Origin: an uncultured Anaerolineae bacterium | Lineage (GTDB): Bacteria; Chloroflexota; Anaerolineae; Fen-1058 | Assembly: GCA_964651475.1 (NCBI GenBank) | Contig: CAZYXV010000012.1 | Coordinates: forward strand, 1 to 64,000 | DNA: 64,000 bases | Direction: 5' to 3' | Shown: piece by piece, positions 47,055 through 56,774 of the stretch | How positions within the stretch are numbered: position 1 is the first letter of the stretch | Layout: the number at the start of each line of letters is the position of its first letter | Notes under the pieces: generated by a model | Told to the model about the DNA's origin: nothing | What the model saw: only the letters and a program-made list of their open reading frames with translations | Database searches by the model: none | Program-made: the position numbers and the translations under genes

Positions 47055-47817
47055 AAATTTCTCCGAGTATTGGCTGTTCGGCGCGCAATGCGGCGACTAG
47101 AACGCCATCGAATTTGCCGGCGGCGATGAGCAGCTCTTGCACGGCGGCAGCCTGTGGATGCATCTTGGACAAATCACGTTGGGTGAGCAAAGCAATCACG
47201 CGCGCGCCCGGCGGCATGCCTTTTAGCCCTGCTCGTGGATCGGCCAGCACGCGCGCCATATCCTGTGGCGTGATGGGATCGCCGGGGCGCAGCCCCAACG
47301 CTTCCGCCTGCGCGAGGCGGTGAACGGTTTGCTCACTGGCTGGTTGGCCAAGAATATCCAGGTGCGCGCACACGACGACGCAATCGGCGCTGGCCGGAAT
47401 GACTGGCTCGTGATCGGCGGGGACTTTGAGGCCGCAGCCTTTTGCGCCGTCGGCTTCAATCAGCCAGGCGGGCGCGGGCAAAGCGGCGACGAGTTCGTCC
47501 AGGACGCCGGGCGGCAGGCCGGCCAGTTTGTGCGGCAGGCTGGGGATAGAGTGCCCCGGCGCGGAGGCATAGTCCCCGGGCAGCCGGGCGGCGGCCAGCA
47601 CCAGGCGCGGCGCGCGCGCAAGCACGTCGCGCACGCGGGCCAGATCAGGGCGCGGCGAGAGCATCAGCGCGCTATTGCCTGACAAGATGGGTTCCATAAT
47701 TTTCGTCGTCGTTGTGAACACGGCGGCCCCGTCCACCTCGTGCAACAGCCGCCAGATGGCCGTTGTCTTGCCGCCTGCTCCTACAAACGCAACAACGTGA
47801 CCGGGTAATGTGAACAT
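47047..47817 (-). CDS. P-loop protein, YqeC-like (putative selenium-dependent hydroxylase accessory protein family)
   Basis: 256 aa with HVVAFVGAGGKTTA Walker A near the N-terminus. Family assignment by motif recollection only. Confidence 0.45.
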   Translation of the reverse strand: MFTLPGHVVAFVGAGGKTTAIWRLLHEVDGAAVFTTTTKIMEPILSGNSALMLSPRPDLARVRDVLARAPRLVLAAARLPGDYASAPGHSIPSLPHKLAGLPPGVLDELVAALPAPAWLIEADGAKGCGLKVPADHEPVIPASADCVVVCAHLDILGQPASEQTVHRLAQAEALGLRPGDPITPQDMARVLADPRAGLKGMPPGARVIALLTQRDLSKMHPQAAAVQELLIAAGKFDGVLVAALRAEQPILGEIYD

Positions 47818-47970
47818 TTACATCTCTCTGAGTGCGATTATACGGCGCCATTGTAACAGAGAATTGGCTAATCGGCCAACCTGCCATGTGAGTGCTCACT
47901 GCTTATTCGCCGGATTGGCGAATTGGTCATTTGGCGGGTATAATCCAATGCAATAACTGCATGGGAGGAA

Positions 47971-48654
47971 ATGATGAGACTCAGTGTGGTGATGCCGGTG
48001 TATAATGAAAAGGATACCATCCGCGAAATTTTGCGGCAGATACGCGCCGTGGGGCGCGCCGACGAAATTATCGTGGTGGACGATGGTTCGACGGATGGAA
48101 CGCGCGATATTTTGCACGAGGAAGAAAAGTGCGGCGATATTATTCTGATCCTGCACCACAGGAACAGGGGCAAGGGCGCCGCCGTCACCACCGGCTTTCA
48201 ACGCGCCACGGGTGATATTGTCTTAATTCAAGATGCTGACCTGGAATATGACCCGCGCGATTATCCTGCATTGGTGCGCCCTATCGAGGAAGGGCGGGTG
48301 GTGGCTGTTTACGGCAGCCGCTTTTTAGGGCCGCGCAAAGCCATGATGTTCTGGCACATGCTGGGCAACCAGTTTCTCACCCTGATCACCAACATTTTAT
48401 TCAATGCTATTCTGAGTGATATGGAAACGTGCTACAAGGTGCTGCGCGCCGATGTGGCCAAGGAGTTGAACCTCAAGTCGCCAGGGTGGGGCATTGACCC
48501 GGAAATCACCGCCAAGGTGCTCAAGCGCGGCCACCGCATTTTCGAGGTGCCCATCAGCTATTACGGGCGCGAATACACCGAGGGCAAAAAGATCACCTGG
48601 CGCGATGGCGTGCGCGTTCTGTGGACCTTGCTCAAGTATCGCGTTGTGGATTGA
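47971..48654 (+). CDS. Family-2 glycosyltransferase, polyprenyl-phosphate sugar synthase-like (Dpm1/GtrB/CsbB-like)
   Basis: 227 aa with SVVMPVYNE, VVDDGSTDGT and QDADLEYDP (DxD) motifs. No C-terminal TM. Confidence 0.85.
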   Translation: MMRLSVVMPVYNEKDTIREILRQIRAVGRADEIIVVDDGSTDGTRDILHEEEKCGDIILILHHRNRGKGAAVTTGFQRATGDIVLIQDADLEYDPRDYPALVRPIEEGRVVAVYGSRFLGPRKAMMFWHMLGNQFLTLITNILFNAILSDMETCYKVLRADVAKELNLKSPGWGIDPEITAKVLKRGHRIFEVPISYYGREYTEGKKITWRDGVRVLWTLLKYRVVD

Positions 48655-48665
48655 GCGAGGGGCGG

Positions 48666-50180
48666 ATGGCGAATGGCGCGCCCCGGCGGCGCTGGGCGAT
48701 GATCTTGCTGTGCCTGGCAGCTTTTGCGCTGCGGCTTGGGCCGCTCTGGGCCAATCGTTTTCACCCTGACGAGGCTTTGTATGCTTCGTGGGGATTACTC
48801 ATTCGCACCGGGCGCGACGTGTGGTTGAGCCGGCAGGGTGTCGATAAATCCCCTCTCTTGTTTTATCTCATGGCGGTGTCTTTTCATTACGTGTGGCGTT
48901 CCGAGGTGGCGGCTCGCCTGCCCGGCCTCGTCGCCGGGACGCTGAGCGTGCCGCTCGTGTTTCAAATATCAAACGCCAAATATCACCCGTCCGGGTGGAT
49001 AGCGGCGGCGCTGGTGGCGTTTTCGCCGTTCGCGATCTTGTTTTCGCCCACGGCGTTTCTGGACCACGTCATGGTGATGCTGGGGTTGGCGGCCTGCGCG
49101 GCGGCGGTGCGTGGACGGGCGGGATGGGCCGGCGTGTTGATGGGCCTTTCGGCGGCGACCAAGCTAACGGGATTGTTATTCTTGCCGCTGGCGGCCGGGT
49201 TATGCGTTCAATCGCCGCATGATGCGCTTCGCACCCTACGCTCTACTGGGCGACTGGCGGCTGGGGTGCTCGGCATCATCGCGCTGGTCATTGTGTGGGA
49301 TCGCGTCAAGGGCGGCACGCCGTTTTGGATGCAGCAGGCTATCAACTATCAGGGGGTGCGCCTCGCGCCGCTGGTCCAGGTTTTCCCCCGCCTGCGCGCC
49401 TGGCTGTCGTTCTTTCCATACTTTTTCGGCTGGCCGGCGCTCGCCGTGATTGGCGGTCTGGCCGCAGCAAATCTCAAATCCCCAATACCTAATCGCCAAT
49501 CCCCATTCCCCAACCCCCAATCCCCAATAACAAACATCAATCTTCCCCATGTATTAGCTTGTTTTGCGCTGTTTTACGTGATCGTTCACACGCTGTTCTC
49601 GTTCGAGCTTTGGGACCGCTACTTGCTGGGATTGGTGCCTGTGATTGCGCTGCTGGCGGGCGAGTGCTTTGCGTCGCTGGCGTCACGCCTCGCACAGCGC
49701 GGCCACAGGTTGGGGCGGATTTTCGTAGAAAAGAGATTGCGTTCATCTGTCATGTGTGGAGTGTGCCTGGTTATTTTGCTCCCCCCTGCGCTGGTGGCCG
49801 CCCGCAGCGGTTATCCCATCGGCGGCGATCACGGCGCGTACGATGGCATTGACCAGGTGGCCGATTACTTGCGCGCGCTGCCCAAAGGCGCGGTGGCCTA
49901 TGACTACTGGCTGGGGTGGGAGTTCAAGTATTATCTGTGGGATGCGCAGGTATACCTGGCTTATTTTCCTACGCCGGACGTGTTACGTGACGACCTGATT
50001 GCCTTTGGCGACGCCTCGCCGCGCTATGTGACTATTCCCGCCTTTGCGGCGGCGCGGCCGGTGCTGGAAGCGATTGACCAGGCGGGCTTTCAAGCCGCGC
50101 CCGTGCTGACCACTGTTAATCGGCGTGGCCAGATTACATTTACGGTGTATAAAATTGAAAGCTCTGCAGCGTTTCGGTGA
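48666..50180 (+). CDS. GT-C fold membrane glycosyltransferase (ArnT/PMT, GT39/GT83-like)
   Basis: Start MANGAPRRRW... Multi-TM, with an N-terminal loop carrying a DE motif (FHPDEALY) typical of the PMT/ArnT family. Contains a low-complexity aatcccca repeat (49470-49545) encoding SPIPNRQSPFPNPQSPI. Confidence 0.7.
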   Translation: MANGAPRRRWAMILLCLAAFALRLGPLWANRFHPDEALYASWGLLIRTGRDVWLSRQGVDKSPLLFYLMAVSFHYVWRSEVAARLPGLVAGTLSVPLVFQISNAKYHPSGWIAAALVAFSPFAILFSPTAFLDHVMVMLGLAACAAAVRGRAGWAGVLMGLSAATKLTGLLFLPLAAGLCVQSPHDALRTLRSTGRLAAGVLGIIALVIVWDRVKGGTPFWMQQAINYQGVRLAPLVQVFPRLRAWLSFFPYFFGWPALAVIGGLAAANLKSPIPNRQSPFPNPQSPITNINLPHVLACFALFYVIVHTLFSFELWDRYLLGLVPVIALLAGECFASLASRLAQRGHRLGRIFVEKRLRSSVMCGVCLVILLPPALVAARSGYPIGGDHGAYDGIDQVADYLRALPKGAVAYDYWLGWEFKYYLWDAQVYLAYFPTPDVLRDDLIAFGDASPRYVTIPAFAAARPVLEAIDQAGFQAAPVLTTVNRRGQITFTVYKIESSAAFR

Positions 50181-50199
50181 ATTTTTGCGGCGCCATCCA

Positions 50200-53001
50200 A
50201 TGTGCCTGGATGGGGCGGTGTTGCTTGCGCTCGCGGCAATTGTTTTTTACAAGCTGGCGTTGACCAATCTCATCATCGCGCGCGGCGATGTGTTCACGTA
50301 CTTTTACCCGTATTTTGATTATGCCGCCCAAGCGACGCGCCAGGGACATTTGCCGTTGTGGAACCCGTACCTGTTTATGGGCGCGCCGTTTTTAGCCAAT
50401 AGCCAGGCGGGATTTTTTTATCCGCTCAACCGCTTGCTTTCCTGGCTGCCTGTGACGCGCGCGGTGAACGTGACGATTATAGTGCACGTATGGTTAGCCG
50501 GCTTGGGGATGTATGCTTTTGCGCGGCGCAGCCTGGATGTGTCTCGCCTGGCGGCGTGGATGGCGAGTGCTGCTTTTGCAGTGGGAGGCTACTTGGCGGC
50601 GCAGGTGGAGCACGTCAACCAGTTGCAAGGCCTGGCCTGGCTGCCGTGGTTGTTGGTGTGGTTTGACCTGGCGTGGGGCAGAAACCCGCTTCCTGCCAGA
50701 CGCGGGATTCCTGGTATTGGATTGGCTGTGACGGTGGCGTTGCAATTATTGACGGGACATACGCAATCGGCTTTCATCAGCCTGATGGGACTGGGGCTGT
50801 ACGCGCTGCTCAGCCACCCCCTTCAACCGTGCCGTGCGTGGCTCAAGCGATGGGCCGCATTGGCCGGCGCGGTGATGTTGGGGGCGGCGTTGGCCGCCGT
50901 GCAACTGGTCCCCACGTTTGAACTGGCGCAGCTTTCAATACGCAGCGGCGGATTGAGTTGGCGCGAGGCCGTGTCGTTTTCGCTCAAGCCGGCGCTGGTG
51001 GGACGCGCCTTGCTGCCAGACTATGGGCAGGCCATTTTCCCAGAGTACGTGGCCTACGTGGGCGTGGCGGGGCTTATGCTTGCCGTGATTGGGTTGATGG
51101 GGCGCTGGCGCGACGCGCGTATCCGCGTATTGGCGGCTCTGGCGGGCCTGGGGCTGTTTTTTGCGCTGGGCGGCTACAATCCGCTGTATCTTGCGCTGGT
51201 GAGATTTGCTCCCGGCTTTGGATTGTTTCGCGTCCCGGCGCGCTGGCTGGTGTGGTATGCGTTCGGCGCGGCGGGCCTGATTGGGTGTGGCTTTGATGCA
51301 CTGGCCGGATCGCCGCGCCGGCTCGTGTTGACGGTGTGGGGCGCCGCTTTTATGGCGCTGGCGGCGCTGGCGTGGTACGCGGCGCGCGTCATTGTGCCCG
51401 GCACGGATCAGCCCGCCGGAAACGTGAGTACGATGGCCTGGCTTGGGTGGCTCGTTGCGGCAGGAGGAGTTGCCGGACTGGTGTGGCTGCGCCCGCGTTG
51501 GAGCGCGGCGGCGCTGGCCGCCATCGTGGCGGTCGAATTGTTTGCCGCCAGCGCGGCCTTGCCCTTTAACCGCGCCACAGCGCCGGAAGCTCTGACCAGC
51601 CTGCGCCCTTCGATTCTCACGCTCCAATCTCCAGGCTCTGATCTGTCTTCCCCCATTTTCAGATTTCTATCGCTTTCCGACATTTTCTTTGATCCGGGCG
51701 ACCGCGCCGAACTGGATAGCGCCTTTGCCGATCAACTTGGGGCGGATGCTTTTTACGATTTATTGGTCGCTACCAAGCAAAAAGAAATCGTCGCGCCCAA
51801 CCTGCCCTTGTATTACCGGCTGCCTACCGTAGATGGGTTCGACGGCGGCATCTTGCCGCTGCGCGATTACGTGACCTTTCAGCAGCTTTTTGCGCCGACC
51901 GAACACATCAGCCCGGATGGCCGCCTGCGCGAGGCGCTGCGCGATGTGCCGGACGGCAAGTGGCTGTCGCTGATGAATGTGCGTTACGTCGTCACCGACA
52001 AGACGCTCGACGCCTGGCTAGACGATGTGTTTTACGACTTGCAATTCAGCACGGCGCTCGAAGCGGGGCGGGTGGAGCGTGCGGTTGTGGCGCGTGTCCC
52101 TCGCTTTGAGGCGACGGCGCTGGGGATGGTGAGTTACCTGCAAGGCGCGGCGCGCGCGCCGCAAGGCGCGCCCGCTGCCCAAGTGATGGTGGGCTTTGAC
52201 GGCGGTATGACGCAGACGTTCACCTTGCGCGCTGGCGTGGATACGGCTGAAGGCATATACCCCGGCGATGCCGCGCACCAGGCGGCGCAAGTGGGTGGAC
52301 ACTATGTGCGCGATCACCCCGAAATCACTGATTACGTCACGCGGCTGCGTTGGGATAGCCCGCGCATCGTCACGTCGGTCAGGGTGCAAGTCGAGACGCC
52401 TGGTTTTTCTGTGATCGTGCGCGGCGCGTCGCTCATTGACGAGCGCACCGGCGCTTTTCAATCGCTGGTGATTTCGGGGCGCGGGCGGTTCGTCCAACTG
52501 TATTCGGGCGATGTGAAAATATACGAAAACCTGGACGCGCTGCCGCGTGCGTTCGTGGTCCCGCGTGCGCTGGCGCGCCGCGGCAATGACGCGCTGGCGG
52601 CGATGCGTGACCCTGCTTTTGACCCGGCCAGCCAGGTGATATTGGATATGCCGGATGTTCCGCAGGTGGCTGCGGCGAACGATTACACGGCCACGCTGAC
52701 ATTGTACCAGCCCGAACACGTGCTCGTGGAAGTGGCAACCGATCAGTTGGCCTGGCTGGTGTTGACCGATACATATTATCCAGGTTGGCGCGCGTTTATA
52801 GACGGCAAACCCGCGCCCATCACGCGCGCAGATATGCTCTTTCGCGCCGTGGCGGTGCCGCAGGGAAAACATTGCGTGGAATTTGTTTACGATCCGCTCT
52901 CGCTCAAGATCGGGGCGGGGGTGAGCCTGGCGGCGTTGATTGTGGCAGTGGTTTGCCTTGTGCTCATTCAGAGGCGGCGTTTTGTTGGATGGGCAGGTTG
53001 A
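50200..53001 (+). CDS. YfhO-family large membrane protein (GT-C-like glycosylation component)
   Basis: About 933 aa from MCLDGAVLLALAAIVFYKLAL... with GDVFTYFYPYF...LPLWNPYLFMGAPFLANSQ motifs characteristic of YfhO. Many TM helices plus a large C-terminal extracytoplasmic domain. Confidence 0.75.
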   Translation: MCLDGAVLLALAAIVFYKLALTNLIIARGDVFTYFYPYFDYAAQATRQGHLPLWNPYLFMGAPFLANSQAGFFYPLNRLLSWLPVTRAVNVTIIVHVWLAGLGMYAFARRSLDVSRLAAWMASAAFAVGGYLAAQVEHVNQLQGLAWLPWLLVWFDLAWGRNPLPARRGIPGIGLAVTVALQLLTGHTQSAFISLMGLGLYALLSHPLQPCRAWLKRWAALAGAVMLGAALAAVQLVPTFELAQLSIRSGGLSWREAVSFSLKPALVGRALLPDYGQAIFPEYVAYVGVAGLMLAVIGLMGRWRDARIRVLAALAGLGLFFALGGYNPLYLALVRFAPGFGLFRVPARWLVWYAFGAAGLIGCGFDALAGSPRRLVLTVWGAAFMALAALAWYAARVIVPGTDQPAGNVSTMAWLGWLVAAGGVAGLVWLRPRWSAAALAAIVAVELFAASAALPFNRATAPEALTSLRPSILTLQSPGSDLSSPIFRFLSLSDIFFDPGDRAELDSAFADQLGADAFYDLLVATKQKEIVAPNLPLYYRLPTVDGFDGGILPLRDYVTFQQLFAPTEHISPDGRLREALRDVPDGKWLSLMNVRYVVTDKTLDAWLDDVFYDLQFSTALEAGRVERAVVARVPRFEATALGMVSYLQGAARAPQGAPAAQVMVGFDGGMTQTFTLRAGVDTAEGIYPGDAAHQAAQVGGHYVRDHPEITDYVTRLRWDSPRIVTSVRVQVETPGFSVIVRGASLIDERTGAFQSLVISGRGRFVQLYSGDVKIYENLDALPRAFVVPRALARRGNDALAAMRDPAFDPASQVILDMPDVPQVAAANDYTATLTLYQPEHVLVEVATDQLAWLVLTDTYYPGWRAFIDGKPAPITRADMLFRAVAVPQGKHCVEFVYDPLSLKIGAGVSLAALIVAVVCLVLIQRRRFVGWAG

Positions 53002-56000
53002 ATGTAAAAGTTGCGCCTTGTCCGGGCGTGCTTTCTACCCAGATGCGCTCTCCGTGCGCTTCGATGGCCAGCTTGCAAAAAGCCAATCCCAGGCCGCTGC
53101 CGCGCCCAATTTGCCGCCCGGTCACGAATTTTTGGAATAGCCTACTTTGAATTTCTGGCGGGATGCCCGCACCGGTATCGCTGACTGAAACCTGGAGCAC
53201 GATGCGCCCCTCTTTTTCTGCGGGTTGGGCAGTGACACGGACGACACCGCCGGGCGGGGTGAATTTTATGGCGTTGCCCACCAGGTTTTGCAGCACGCGG
53301 CTGATCAAGCCTGCATCGGCCCAGGCGTGCGGCAAACTGAACGGCGCGTCGCTTTCGAGGCGGATGCTCTTTTCGCCGGCGAGCGCCGCCTGCATTTGAA
53401 ACGTTTCGGCCACCAAATCAGCCAACGCAAACTCGTCGTGCTTGAGTGGCATTTGCTGGCTTTCCAAACGGCTCACGTCCAGTATAGAATCCACCAATCC
53501 TTTCATGCGCAGCGAGCTGCGTTGGGCTGCTTCCAGAATCTCGCGCTGCTGAAAGGCCAGTTCCCCAAAAGCGCCGTTGGTCAGGAGACTGAACGAGGTG
53601 ACGATACTCGTGAGTGGATTGCGCAGGTCGTGCACCATGGTGCGGGTCATATCTTCGCGCAGCCGCTCGACGGCGCGCTCGTCAGTCACATCGCGCAACA
53701 CCAGCAGCCGCCCCAGCGGCGTGTCGCCGGATAGCACAGGCAAGTTGAACCAATGGATAGTACGCGGCGGCACATCATATTCACCTTCTCCGGGCGGCTC
53801 GTCGCCGCGTTGAATGCGGCGTATCTCGTCCAGCACTGCCCGCATCACGGCCGGCGAGCGGCGGCGCAGCGGGCGCGCCAGGTGTACGAGTGAATAGCCA
53901 ATCCATTCTTCCGGCTGGCCGGTCAGCCGCAGCAGTTGCAGCGCCGTCTCGTTAATCACCAGGACGCGTTGATTCATCCCGATGAGGACTACCCCGTCGC
54001 GTGTGGATTTGATCAGCGCTTGCAGCTGGCTGCGCTCGTTTTGGATGGTCTGGAAGAGGCGCGCATTTTCCATCGCCAGGGCAATGGCGTCGGCCAGCGA
54101 CTCGGCCAACACGACGTCGTCGGCGTTAAAAGCCGCCAACTGGCTGCTTTCCAGGTTGAGCACGCCCATCACTCGCCCGCTGCGATGTATCGGAACAGCC
54201 AGTTCGCTGTGGATGGCGGCGTGCCCCACCTCGTAATCCGGGTCCGAGTGCACGTCTGGCACATTTTGCGTGAGGGCGGTTCGCAAAGCGCGCCCGATGA
54301 TGCCTCGGTTAATTGAAAACCTGTATTGGGTTGCTTGCGCAAGCTTGCCGCCGGCAGCGCTGATAACCCACTGCTGGCCGTCTGGGTCCAACCTGGCAAT
54401 CGCCACGTCAGACCACCCTGCAAAGCCAACGATAGCATCCACGGCGGCGCGCGCGACGGCGTCGGGGGAGCGCTGCTCGCTCACGGCGCTGAGGACTTCG
54501 TACAACGTGATTTGCCGGTCGGCCATGCGGCGTTGGACGTCAAAGATTTGCGCGTTGCGCACGGCCAGCGCCATCTGGTCGGCAGCAGCCTGCATCAACT
54601 CGACGTGGCCGGCGTCAAAATGGCCCGGCTGCGAGTGGGTTAGTGTGAGAATCCCCAACAATATCGCGCCGCTCGAAATCGGCGCGGCCAAGACCGAGCG
54701 AACGAGATAGGGTTCAGCAGGCAAGCGCACCCAGCGGTCGTCTTGAGTGATATCGGTGATGAGTGCAGGCTGGCGGTGATGAGCGACCCAGCTGGCTAAG
54801 CCCTTGCTCATAACGAGGTCGAGGAGGAGGCGGCGCTCCTCCGGCGTTACCTCGCGGCGCAGAATGCTGTGTGTTACAGCGCCGGAACTGTCTAGCAAGA
54901 ACAGGCTGCCGTGCTCGGCGCTGGTGAGCGTGGTGGACACATCCAGCACGTTTTGCAGCGTGGCTTCCAGCGTTGGCCCCTCAGCCGTGGCGCGCGCCAC
55001 GGCGACCAAATTTTCAAACAACTGTTTTTGGGCGCGCAGTTTAGCCTCGGCCTGCTTGCGTTCGGTGATGTCTTGTTTGATGGCAATAAAGTGAGCAATG
55101 CTGCCCTGCGCGTCGTGCACGGGGGTGATGCTTTGCTCTTCGGTGTAGAGGCTGCCATCTTTGCGGCGGTTCGTGATTTCGCCGCGCCAGACGCGCCCGG
55201 CCAGGATGGTGTCCCAGAGATTTTTATAGAATGCCTGGTCGTGCTGATCTGAGCGAAGCAGGCGTGGATTTTGGCCGATCGCCTCTTCCGAGGTGTAGCC
55301 GGTCAGATGAGTAAAGGCAGGATTGACCCACGTGATGTGGCCTTGCCGGTCGGTGATGACGATGGCATTTGCGGCGGATTCCGTGGCGGTGTTTGCCAGC
55401 CGCATGTTTTCTTCAGCTTGCTTGCGCTCGGTAATATCGCGCAAGACTACCAGCCGTCCTACGCTCTGGCCGCGCCGGCTGCTCAGCGGCGAGATGCGCG
55501 CGTCATAGATGCGGCGCGTTTTCCCGTTTTGTATCGCCATCTCGGTCTGCGCTGCGACCGTGTCTCGATAGCGTTCGACGAAATCCGGCCAGGCGCCAAA
55601 GACCTGCGCCGCCGGTTGGCCAATCACTTTGGAGGTCTGGCGGTCAATGATGCGTTGAGCCGCCGGGTTGAGGTCTATCACGCGATTTTGTGTGTCCAGC
55701 ACAATTACCCCGTCGCTCAGTCCCTCGACGACGGCGTCGCGTGCGACCGGCGCAACGTCGAGCAGCCGGAAGCGGAACAGCCCCCACGCGCACGCCAGCC
55801 CGCTGATTGCAAAAGCAAAGGGTGTGGGGTCCAATGGGTGCATCGGGTTGAGGCGAGCCAGGTACAGCGCGTTGCTGGCCAACGGCGCCAGCGCCCCAAC
55901 CAGCAAAATGCCGGCCTGCCAGCGGTAGAGATTCGCCGAGCGCACCAGCATCGAAATAATCAGGCCGGTGCCGACCAGCATATACCCATAAGAAAACACC

Positions 56001-56455
56001 AGGTGTACTCCAAACCATGCGCCATACGTCATGCGCAACACGGGCAGCAGTTCATCCGAATGCACATCGAGGCGTTCCCAGATCAAAAGGTGCGCTTCGT
56101 TTGTCCATGCCAGAAGCAGCGTGATCAGCGGCACAACACATAACACAGCCGCGCTGCGGCGCGTCAGCCACTTTTCGCGTCCGGTGTATTGGAGCGCAAA
56201 GGCCAGCCACAGCACGGGCGCGCTGGCGATGCCCAGGTACTCGAATTTGGCCCACACGATTTTGGCCGGCAGGTCAACGCTTGCGATTTCCAGTATATAG
56301 CTCAATGACCATTCGGCTACCGCCAGCATCAATAGAAAAAAGATGGCCGCGCCGAGCGCCGTGCGCCGCTGCCAGGCGCAGGCCGCCAGGCCAGCCAGAA
56401 CAAGCGTTACGATGAGCAAGGGCAGAAGGTAGGGTGTGTATTGCCAGTTCACCAA
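52964..56455 (-). CDS. Multi-sensor histidine kinase (N-terminal multi-TM sensor, several PAS and GAF domains, HisKA + HATPase_c)
   Basis: 1163 aa. N-terminal hydrophobic helices and at least 3 PAS-like segments (ERKQAE...). GAF segments. H-box VHDLRNPL. G-boxes DTGAGIP and GSGLGL at the C-terminus. Confidence 0.9.
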   Translation of the reverse strand: MVNWQYTPYLLPLLIVTLVLAGLAACAWQRRTALGAAIFFLLMLAVAEWSLSYILEIASVDLPAKIVWAKFEYLGIASAPVLWLAFALQYTGREKWLTRRSAAVLCVVPLITLLLAWTNEAHLLIWERLDVHSDELLPVLRMTYGAWFGVHLVFSYGYMLVGTGLIISMLVRSANLYRWQAGILLVGALAPLASNALYLARLNPMHPLDPTPFAFAISGLACAWGLFRFRLLDVAPVARDAVVEGLSDGVIVLDTQNRVIDLNPAAQRIIDRQTSKVIGQPAAQVFGAWPDFVERYRDTVAAQTEMAIQNGKTRRIYDARISPLSSRRGQSVGRLVVLRDITERKQAEENMRLANTATESAANAIVITDRQGHITWVNPAFTHLTGYTSEEAIGQNPRLLRSDQHDQAFYKNLWDTILAGRVWRGEITNRRKDGSLYTEEQSITPVHDAQGSIAHFIAIKQDITERKQAEAKLRAQKQLFENLVAVARATAEGPTLEATLQNVLDVSTTLTSAEHGSLFLLDSSGAVTHSILRREVTPEERRLLLDLVMSKGLASWVAHHRQPALITDITQDDRWVRLPAEPYLVRSVLAAPISSGAILLGILTLTHSQPGHFDAGHVELMQAAADQMALAVRNAQIFDVQRRMADRQITLYEVLSAVSEQRSPDAVARAAVDAIVGFAGWSDVAIARLDPDGQQWVISAAGGKLAQATQYRFSINRGIIGRALRTALTQNVPDVHSDPDYEVGHAAIHSELAVPIHRSGRVMGVLNLESSQLAAFNADDVVLAESLADAIALAMENARLFQTIQNERSQLQALIKSTRDGVVLIGMNQRVLVINETALQLLRLTGQPEEWIGYSLVHLARPLRRRSPAVMRAVLDEIRRIQRGDEPPGEGEYDVPPRTIHWFNLPVLSGDTPLGRLLVLRDVTDERAVERLREDMTRTMVHDLRNPLTSIVTSFSLLTNGAFGELAFQQREILEAAQRSSLRMKGLVDSILDVSRLESQQMPLKHDEFALADLVAETFQMQAALAGEKSIRLESDAPFSLPHAWADAGLISRVLQNLVGNAIKFTPPGGVVRVTAQPAEKEGRIVLQVSVSDTGAGIPPEIQSRLFQKFVTGRQIGRGSGLGLAFCKLAIEAHGERIWVESTPGQGATFTFNLPIQQNAASE

Positions 56456-56658
56456 AAAATTCCTCAGGGTAGATGGTTAAAAGTATAGCTTTAGCTGCGC
56501 GTCTTGTCAACACGCACGCGGCTTGGCTCGCCCAATTTGTGGTGAGCTATGGTAGAATGTGTCTTGGCAGGGGGATGGTAGACCTTGTTTGCCCGCAAGG
56601 GTTCGCCCCGCCGTGTTGAGATAAGGGACGTGGAAAAAATAAACCGTCCCAAAATTTC

Positions 56659-56709
56659 CGTAGGAGCGCCCTCTGGGCGCGACGGTCGCGCCTGGAAGGC
56701 GCTCCTACG
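56659..56709. repeat. REP-like palindromic element, copy 2 (same 12-bp termini cgtaggagcgcc...ggcgctcctacg)
   Basis: cgtaggagcgccctctgggcgcgacggtcgcgcctggaaggcgctcctacg. Shares outer and inner arms with the copy at 26816-26867. Confidence 0.85.
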
Positions 56710-56774
56710 CGGCGACATTGGGATAATTATTTTCTTCCGCATCCCTAACGTGCAGAATATCAGAAAGGGTTTGT

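Noticed and set aside
50958-51683. Overlapping ORFs inside the YfhO gene on both strands
   Set aside because: Arg/Ala-rich shadows within a long TM-protein gene.
52964-53001. Treating the 38-nt convergent overlap of YfhO and the histidine kinase as a frameshift or annotation error
   Set aside because: Both ORFs end at natural stops with plausible C-termini. Convergent 3' overlaps occur; kept as a noted observation rather than an error.
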